Below, piece after piece: positions 57,328 to 64,000 of a stretch of DNA of 64,000 nt (its first letter is position 1; every line of letters begins with the position of its first letter). The notes beneath the pieces were generated by a model. That model saw nothing but the letters and a program-made list of their open reading frames with translations. It ran no database searches and was not told the DNA's origin. Position numbers and translations under genes: made by a program. This DNA is from Candidatus Poribacteria bacterium (GTDB lineage Bacteria > Poribacteria > WGA-4E > WGA-3G), in assembly GCA_963665235.2 (NCBI GenBank), contig CAXXLX010000001.1, positions 224,001-288,000 of the forward strand, read 5' to 3'.

Positions 57328-59829
57328 ATGATTCTTACAGGAATAGGGCATGAAACCGGAGGACGCTATGTTTCGCTAATGCTGTTCTGCCTTTTGCTGT
57401 TAGCGGCCCCGGTACGCGCAGCGGAGATTCCTATTGTGGTATCGGGTGAACCGAGGGCAACGCTGCAAATCGGTGCCAACGCCTCCACCCAAGAGCGGTT
57501 TGCTGCCTCCGAAATTCAAACCTTTATAGAAAAATTCACGGGCGCACAGCTTGAACTTCGCACTAATCAACAGGCAACAGCAACGCAAACCGTCATCGTC
57601 CTGGGAACACTACACACAAATCCAACGATACAAGCACTAAATGTGACGCTGCCTGAAGACCTTGGCGATGAAGGGTATCGGATACAAACCGTTGAACTCG
57701 GGGACGAAATTCTTATTGTCGTTGCTGCGCACACCCCACGCGGAGTCATCTATGGGACTTATGCCTTCCTTGAAGCATGTATCACAGCGTTGACAGGGCT
57801 CACCCCCGTGCATATAGAGATAGCGGTTGCGCGTGAGCCTTCGCTGTCTGTCCCCTTCTTAGACGAAACCTCGCGCCCCTTTTATCCGATTCGCGCCGTG
57901 TTAGAGATAGATGACCCGGATTGGCTTGCACGACACCGTATCAATATGAGCGGTGGTGAGGGTATCTGGACCGGCACCGGCATTGAAGATGGATTCGGCA
58001 CAGCGTTCAAATATGTAGACTCTCCCGCGTTTGCAAAATTACAGGATGAACCGCGCACACAAAGATTAGAACGGATTGAGACGCTCCAAAACCGGTTCAC
58101 TGCACTTCAAAACCGCGGCATTGATGCATATCTATTTATGTACGTGACAGGTGAACCGACAGAAGCACTTATCAAGGCGCGCCCGGATATATTGGGACCA
58201 GAGGTGTTATACGGTGCTTCTCGAAATGAACGTTCCTATCGTCCCTTCTGCTGGTCAAAACCGGAATTCCACACACTTGCGAAACAGTTGACGCAGGAAA
58301 TTGTGAAAACATACCCAGGCCTCGCTGGATTTCACCTCCGGTCCTGGGGACATGAGACGCGGGCATGCAATTGCCCACAATGCGGCGACCGCTCCCCTGA
58401 AGGACAGGCGAAACTTTGGGAGGTATACTTCACGATTATCCGCGCAGCACGCGAAATCCGCCCGGATTTCAAATTTTACCTCTCAGGATATGATAGCAGT
58501 TGGTTACAAGATCCAAGCGGCGACTATGCACGCCAATTGCCAAAAGGCACTATTTTTTCCCAAAAATGGGGCGCAGATGGCGAACCTATCGTAGAAGCGG
58601 ACATCGCAATTCCACAGATGAACGCCCTCGGCGATATGGGACACCGATATATCGTGCTTTCACACGACGTGGAAGAGGTGATGCCCTTCTGGATGCTTGA
58701 AAGCGAACTCTTCGTACAAGGCGTTCGCCTCCTCGCAAATAACCCCGAAGTTGTCGGATTGAGCGGATTTACGGTCCAGGGCGCGAAAGAGGGACTCGGG
58801 TACCTCGACCGACTCGTCAGTACCCGAATCAATTGGGATATTCAATTTGACCCGCTTCAACTGTTACACAACGAATTGACAACCCGATACGGCAGCACAG
58901 AAGTTGCCGAGTTGAGCCTGGACGCATTACGTATCAACGGCTGGACCTTGGCAAGCTACTTCTCCGATTACGCTAGCTCCCTCACCCTCGGCGGCACCTA
59001 TGGCAGTGGGTCCGCAGGATTGGCAACCCGGTTTTGGAACCTAATCGGCCCCAAAGCGGTACAGGATACGCTAGCAATACCTGAATTGAAGATTGCACAA
59101 AACGCGGTCAACCGATTCACCGCACTCATCGCACAACAACAGCAGGCAGCAAATAAAATCCGAGAAGCACACGAACTGGCAACACCGGTAAACCTTGAAG
59201 CTGCACAAGACCTTGGGGATGCAATGCACCTAATGAACCTCTGGGTTTTGCTCTTTCAAAGCCGAGCAAAATTGGTCGAGGCAATCGCCCTCGGCTATCA
59301 AGTTGGCACTGGGGATAGCATCCGTGCTAAACTCACAAGCGCGATAGAGTTTTCAAAATCTATCCAACCGCTCATAAGGCAGTTTGAGGAATTTGGACCG
59401 CTTTTCGGGTATTCCCATCAGACGAATGAGGTAGAATTGTTAAATACCTTAAAGGAGGAGGTGGCATGGCTCTCCAGTTTCGACTACAGAACCCTTCAAA
59501 AACATGACGAAAGCTTTTTACCGGAAGAAACCGATTTCCGTATCTCAGCAGTACATAACTATCCCAACCCGCTCAAGCGCAAAACCACATTTACTTATCA
59601 GTTAACGCTCGATGCTGATGAGGTGACAATTACCATCTATACCGTATCGGGCAGACGGGTCAACGTTCTAAAGGAAGCCTCGGCGAAAGAGGGAGCTAAT
59701 GAGGTTATGTGGGAAGCACAAGATGCTGAAGGTATTCCGCTATCAAATGGAGTTTACTTTTACAAAATACGGGCTGTTGTAGGAGATAAAAAGGTTGAGA
59801 GCATTCATCGCTTGGCTGTAATACAATAG
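57328..59829 (+). CDS. Secreted glycoside-hydrolase-like protein (GH20/GH67-type N-terminal domain) with FlgD-Ig C-terminal domain
   Basis: Signal peptide; FAASEIQ...DEGYRI...RGVIYGTYAFLE; C-terminal HNYPNP...IYTVSGRRV...LSNGVYFYKI. Confidence 0.75.
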   Translation: MILTGIGHETGGRYVSLMLFCLLLLAAPVRAAEIPIVVSGEPRATLQIGANASTQERFAASEIQTFIEKFTGAQLELRTNQQATATQTVIVLGTLHTNPTIQALNVTLPEDLGDEGYRIQTVELGDEILIVVAAHTPRGVIYGTYAFLEACITALTGLTPVHIEIAVAREPSLSVPFLDETSRPFYPIRAVLEIDDPDWLARHRINMSGGEGIWTGTGIEDGFGTAFKYVDSPAFAKLQDEPRTQRLERIETLQNRFTALQNRGIDAYLFMYVTGEPTEALIKARPDILGPEVLYGASRNERSYRPFCWSKPEFHTLAKQLTQEIVKTYPGLAGFHLRSWGHETRACNCPQCGDRSPEGQAKLWEVYFTIIRAAREIRPDFKFYLSGYDSSWLQDPSGDYARQLPKGTIFSQKWGADGEPIVEADIAIPQMNALGDMGHRYIVLSHDVEEVMPFWMLESELFVQGVRLLANNPEVVGLSGFTVQGAKEGLGYLDRLVSTRINWDIQFDPLQLLHNELTTRYGSTEVAELSLDALRINGWTLASYFSDYASSLTLGGTYGSGSAGLATRFWNLIGPKAVQDTLAIPELKIAQNAVNRFTALIAQQQQAANKIREAHELATPVNLEAAQDLGDAMHLMNLWVLLFQSRAKLVEAIALGYQVGTGDSIRAKLTSAIEFSKSIQPLIRQFEEFGPLFGYSHQTNEVELLNTLKEEVAWLSSFDYRTLQKHDESFLPEETDFRISAVHNYPNPLKRKTTFTYQLTLDADEVTITIYTVSGRRVNVLKEASAKEGANEVMWEAQDAEGIPLSNGVYFYKIRAVVGDKKVESIHRLAVIQ

Positions 59830-59939
59830 CTAGCTATTGGCTATTGGCTTATGGCTATTAGCGAGAGAAAGAGGTTTTAGACGCGCGTCAAAAACCTAAT
59901 TAGAATCACAACCTCTTGCTAATTGCTAATTGCTAATCG

Positions 59940-61061
59940 CTAATTTGCCTTTAAACCGATGCCGGTGAGAATTGCTACCGTTACATCCCCCTCTTGAATA
60001 ATACCTGCCTGCCTAAACTTTTCATATCCTTGGATAACTACAGCCGAGGTCGGTTCAACATAGAGCCCTTTTTCAGATAGGGTTTTCATTCCTATCTTGA
60101 TGTCCGCATCGTCAACAGTGGTAAACGCGCCGTTCGTGGCACGAATTGCCTCCAAAATCATCTCGCCTCGGATAGGCAGTTCGGCGGTAATTCCCTCGGC
60201 AAGCGTAGTTCCGGTTTGCGGCATCTGTGAGATAGTAGAGGCGTTATCAAGATATGCGTTGTAAATCGGACAACATGTTGTAGGTTGGACACCGAGTAAA
60301 TGCGGCACCGCATCAATAACACCGGACTCCTGCAGCTCGCGAAAACCGATGTACAACCCCAGATAGACGCTCCCGAATCCGACAGGCGTTATAACGTGTG
60401 TCGGAACGTTCCCATCTAACTGCTCCGTAATTTCGTAAGCGAGCGTTTTTGTGCCCTCTAAGAAAAAAGGGTGCCAATTGTGAGACGCATAGCAGGTGTG
60501 TTCTGCGGCATGTTTCACCGCTTCTGTCGTTGCCATGCGATTTCCCGGCACTAATTTCAGGTCGGCACCGTACGCAGCAATTTGGCTTAATTTGTTTTTT
60601 GAGGTGGCTTCAGGACAGTAGATGGTGCAGCGAATTCCTGCCCTTGCACTATAGGCAGCAATCGCTGCACCTGCATTCCCCGATGAATCCTCAACAACTG
60701 CTTTGACCCCAAGTGCCTTGAGATGGGTGAGTAAAACAGACGCGCCCCGGTCCTTATATGACCCCGTTGGACAGAGGTAGTCCAATTTCACGTAGTGTGC
60801 TGTCCCTCCCGTTAGGTCAAGTGGAATGAGAGGTGTCATGCCTTCGCCGAGGGTGACGCATGCCGTGTCAGAAGCAATTGGCAACGCCTCACGGTAACGC
60901 CAGAGTGACGTTTTTGAATCATAGGACTTGCGCTCGTCTGCTGATGTGAACACGTCACCTATCTGTTCCTTTTGTAGGGTTAGCGGTGCCCCGCAATCAC
61001 AACAATAACGCAGCGGTGATATCCGGTAGGTGATGTGACATGTTGTGCATATATATTGCAT
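59940..61061 (-). CDS. Threonine synthase-like PLP-dependent enzyme
   Basis: N-terminal CxxC..CxC; SLWRY; LGEGMTPL; PTGSYKDRG; DSSGNAG; VEPTSA; LTGIGLK. Confidence 0.9.
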   Translation of the reverse strand: MQYICTTCHITYRISPLRYCCDCGAPLTLQKEQIGDVFTSADERKSYDSKTSLWRYREALPIASDTACVTLGEGMTPLIPLDLTGGTAHYVKLDYLCPTGSYKDRGASVLLTHLKALGVKAVVEDSSGNAGAAIAAYSARAGIRCTIYCPEATSKNKLSQIAAYGADLKLVPGNRMATTEAVKHAAEHTCYASHNWHPFFLEGTKTLAYEITEQLDGNVPTHVITPVGFGSVYLGLYIGFRELQESGVIDAVPHLLGVQPTTCCPIYNAYLDNASTISQMPQTGTTLAEGITAELPIRGEMILEAIRATNGAFTTVDDADIKIGMKTLSEKGLYVEPTSAVVIQGYEKFRQAGIIQEGDVTVAILTGIGLKAN

Positions 61062-61067
61062 TGCTCG

Positions 61068-61739
61068 TTATTTGTTGCCCATTTTTAGATGGCCCCAGGT
61101 GGTTGCTAATTTTGACCTCGGGTCAACAGCACGTGGTGTACCAAACATTCCATCTGGGTCGAAATTCTCTGGCGGTTCGATGGTACTAAACCAGACGCGA
61201 TTAATCCAAATTGGGCCTTTGCCGTGGGAGGTAAATCGGAAGTCGGAGCCGTTTGCACGATTTTCAAAACGGCCGTCTTTGATTACCCAGATGTGAACAC
61301 GCCATGTATCTGTTCCTTCAGGTTTCAGAACAGGAAATGCACCATCTCCCGCACCACGGAACGCCCCATTAACAGGACCGGCACCGTTACTGTCGTATTG
61401 ACAATTAATTTCCTCCGCCTCGTCAGAGTCGAAATATTCCATGACAATCCAAGCCTCATGGTTTCCGCCAAACAGAAATGCATCATCAATCTTAAAATAC
61501 ATGTGGTTATGTCCCGGGCCGCCATAGGGCCAGGGGTTTTCCAAGCAGTCTACCTTATCCTTCACAGCTGGTTCTGTGACACCATCTCCCTGTTCGCTTT
61601 GGGTGAGTAAGACACCTTCGCTCTCCTTACCGAGGTCTACCCAGATGAAGTTTTCGCCTTCTATGGGCTCCGCTGCGGCAGAGGCTCCGAGTGAAATCAG
61701 TATGCATTGAATCAAAATGAGTATTGTCCATTTAACCAT
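61068..61739 (-). CDS. Secreted hypothetical protein (beta-sandwich/CBM-like) with C-terminal AVDPRSKLATTWGHLK motif
   Basis: Signal peptide; MYFKIDD, MEYFD and FENRANGSDFR motifs; the tail motif is shared with the LamG protein. Confidence 0.78.
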   Translation of the reverse strand: MVKWTILILIQCILISLGASAAAEPIEGENFIWVDLGKESEGVLLTQSEQGDGVTEPAVKDKVDCLENPWPYGGPGHNHMYFKIDDAFLFGGNHEAWIVMEYFDSDEAEEINCQYDSNGAGPVNGAFRGAGDGAFPVLKPEGTDTWRVHIWVIKDGRFENRANGSDFRFTSHGKGPIWINRVWFSTIEPPENFDPDGMFGTPRAVDPRSKLATTWGHLKMGNK

Positions 61740-61818
61740 TGTTTTGCTCCTTTAAAATTTGCGTGGGATTCACGCACTATTGTAAACGGGGTTTGAAACC
61801 ACGCCTAACGGAGTGTGG

Positions 61819-62820
61819 CTACTCCCATGGCAATGGCACGCCGAGTCTTTCACTTGCAGCACGGGCGGATGCCTGTTCCATCTCACCGTAGCGGATACCT
61901 TCACGACGGTGCTGGACTGTTCGTTCCGCTTCAATTGCACCGGGGAGCAGTGCCTGCTCGGTCCCCGGCATCGGTTCGTAGGTTTCTCGAACATCCCGTA
62001 CCATCCGATCGACCTCGGCATGGAACAGGGCAGGAGGTACAACGGATTCAATGTGTATTGCAAGGACCATCCCGCCCATGTAAGCCCCTTTCCATTTGGC
62101 ACTGTCCTCCGGTGGGGGTTCAGTGAAACCGGTTAGCGCGCCGCCAAGCAAGCTTGCAATGGCTGTATACCCGATGCTCTTAAAAAACGCAGCGGGAATG
62201 ACCGAAAGCAGCTCATCAAACTCGGGCCCGCGTTGGTAATCCGCCATAATGCAAGTCGCCGCGTCAAGCACGACCGGCGGTTCATCGCCTGATGGAATAG
62301 CGAAACAGATAGGCGGATTGCCGTAATACCCGAGCTGCGGCTTTGTGTCTCTATTTCCAGCATTCCCCTGATTCTGATACCCCTGCACAGAGAAACCGAT
62401 GCACCCAGATTCATTACAAAGACGCGCATAATGCCCCGCTGACCCGTAATGTCCTATGTAACGCACAAGCCCCATGCCGATACCGCCCGATTTTGCCTTA
62501 GCGATAGCGTGTTCCGTAGCACGGACCATCGGCAGATAACCGAGCGTCCCGTTGCCATCAAGCACGACAGATGTCGCTGTTTCATGGATAACGCGTATAT
62601 CGGGACGCGTGTTATAACTACCATTTTCAAAGCCGCTGCAGTACCCACTGAGCGTCCGGGTGCCGTGACTACGGACACCCCGCAAATCGGAATTGACAAG
62701 CAACCGACTAATGAGTGCAGCATGTTCGTGTGTGATACCCGCTTTTTCAAAACAGGCAGTGCTGAAGTTAAGAAGTCGTTCTTCATCTACGCGGATAAAC
62801 GCTTCTGGTGGTCGATTCAT
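61819..62820 (-). CDS. Ldh_2 (malate/L-lactate/L-sulfolactate dehydrogenase type 2) family oxidoreductase
   Basis: SDLRGVRSHG, GHYGSAG, GNPPICFAIP, VLDAAT and LLPG motifs. Confidence 0.9.
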   Translation of the reverse strand: MNRPPEAFIRVDEERLLNFSTACFEKAGITHEHAALISRLLVNSDLRGVRSHGTRTLSGYCSGFENGSYNTRPDIRVIHETATSVVLDGNGTLGYLPMVRATEHAIAKAKSGGIGMGLVRYIGHYGSAGHYARLCNESGCIGFSVQGYQNQGNAGNRDTKPQLGYYGNPPICFAIPSGDEPPVVLDAATCIMADYQRGPEFDELLSVIPAAFFKSIGYTAIASLLGGALTGFTEPPPEDSAKWKGAYMGGMVLAIHIESVVPPALFHAEVDRMVRDVRETYEPMPGTEQALLPGAIEAERTVQHRREGIRYGEMEQASARAASERLGVPLPWE

Positions 62821-62841
62821 GTTTACCTCCTATCTTTGCTG

Positions 62842-63729
62842 CTATGACCAGCATGTTAAATCTTTCTCTAATAATTCCGCTAACTGTTGATTAAAAGGTT
62901 TAAAGTAGTGCTCTAATTCCTCACGCGTTTCTGGATTCAGGGGTGGCGGCGTAAACGGTTTATCGTTCCAACTGAGCACGGCATTTCTCAACTTATGTGC
63001 TGCAGCATCCGGCACCAGCTTCCGAATTGCACGGCGCAGTGGATTGTGAGATGCCAGAAATTGCGTAAATAGATAGTTGAACCGTTCGGACCGGGGCATC
63101 GCTGCTTCGTTGTGTCGCTGTGCCACCCGCGGCTCAAAATCGTCCCGAACTCCAAGCAGATTAAAGAGCTGTTGACAAACAGACTGGGCATTCACTTTTA
63201 ATTCGTCCGTTAAAATACAGTGAACCTGGGCAACTCCAAATTGTGCTATCAAATTCTTGACATGCGGATAGTAAGTGCTGTTGTAGCGATAAAGGCACTG
63301 CCGCCATTTAAACCAATTTTCCTGTAACCTTGCTGTCTCTGAAGCGAGCGCGTCCTCAAACACTTTGATAGACTCCCAACCGCGCCGCCGGGCCCACCAA
63401 TACGCAGAGTACGCACGCGACACAGGCTCGCGTAACAGCACAACAAGATGTATCTCCGGATTGTGTTCATAAATGCGTTGCATAACCTCAGGTGAATGCA
63501 TTACCATCACATTTTTGGCAATCAGCTTTTTATCCGCTGGACACCCGGAGAAATACTTCGCAAAGGCAGATTCATACCCCCGGGTGTATTCATGCTCTTG
63601 AAGGAAAAAAGTCATCTCCGATTGCGGGTGCGTGTGAATGTCTGGATGTTGTGCTAAATAGCGCAGCAACGAAGATGTACCCGACTTTTGCGCCCCCACA
63701 ATCATAAGTTGAATTGATGTATTGACCAA
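62842..63729 (-). CDS. Sulfotransferase domain protein
   Basis: IVGAQKSGTSSL...HPDI; LREPVSRAYSAY; YFKPFNQQL. Confidence 0.9.
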   Translation of the reverse strand: MVNTSIQLMIVGAQKSGTSSLLRYLAQHPDIHTHPQSEMTFFLQEHEYTRGYESAFAKYFSGCPADKKLIAKNVMVMHSPEVMQRIYEHNPEIHLVVLLREPVSRAYSAYWWARRRGWESIKVFEDALASETARLQENWFKWRQCLYRYNSTYYPHVKNLIAQFGVAQVHCILTDELKVNAQSVCQQLFNLLGVRDDFEPRVAQRHNEAAMPRSERFNYLFTQFLASHNPLRRAIRKLVPDAAAHKLRNAVLSWNDKPFTPPPLNPETREELEHYFKPFNQQLAELLEKDLTCWS

Positions 63730-63786
63730 TTTTTTAATGTTTCCTTAATATCAACCTCGCCAAAAACTCGCCTACAACAACAGCAT

Positions 63787-63999
63787 TTATGATTCAAATT
63801 TCCACGGCGGCGTTTTCCCAATTAAGTCGGATAGATGCTGAACATCGCTCCTATAATAACTCACCAAGCGGGCTCGCATCTCCTCTGATACTTGAATATC
63901 CTCGGAAGGCGAAGTGTTTAAGCGGAGATAGAGCGGTTCAATTGCGCGTCTCACGAACCGTAGCGGGTTGTGAATTATCGGTTTGTCATGTGTCCACTG
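63787..63999 (-). CDS. Probable sulfotransferase C-terminus (5'-partial)
   Basis: Manual translation ...SEEMRARLVSYYRSDVQHLSDLIGKTPPWKFES* matches typical sulfotransferase tails. Not in the ORF track. Confidence 0.65.
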   Translation of the reverse strand, partial: QWTHDKPIIHNPLRFVRRAIEPLYLRLNTSPSEDIQVSEEMRARLVSYYRSDVQHLSDLIGKTPPWKFES

Positions 64000-64000
64000 C

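Noticed and set aside
1-64000. tRNA, rRNA, prophage or integrase
   Set aside because: None was recognised by eye. A tRNAscan or Rfam run would be needed to exclude small RNAs.

Overview
A 64 kb chromosomal window of mostly housekeeping and accessory genes, with no rRNA, tRNA, CRISPR or prophage recognised. It most likely comes from a Candidatus Poribacteria-type bacterium. That is an inference from the PhyH dioxygenases, LamG protein, dockerin-like and FlgD-Ig-tailed sulfatases, and C-terminal 'VxxxxKLxTTWGxLK' tails. Gene content: sugar-acid catabolism genes, argH, an m4C-type methyltransferase with an HNH nuclease and a catalytically altered BsaWI-like nuclease, a TonB-dependent uptake module, a decayed transposase, and an unannotated SelW/Rdx selenoprotein (CxxU, in-frame TGA). 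Further on are a polysaccharide cluster that combines sulfotransferases, a clan-A glycoside hydrolase and two Tat-exported sulfatases; a SSS-kdsB-pyrG-larA-like run; twin TonB-dependent receptors divergent from a ZIP transporter; and the end of a second sulfotransferase cluster. The intergenic DNA carries a nested hierarchy of small repeats. MITE shells of three TIR types with target-site duplications carry GTAG/CTAC REP-like hairpins, and some of these hairpins are expanded into 30-, 53- and 79-bp tandem arrays. A 32-nt hairpin element replaces the CTAC motif of two different REP families. All family assignments come from motif recognition by eye; no database searches were run.
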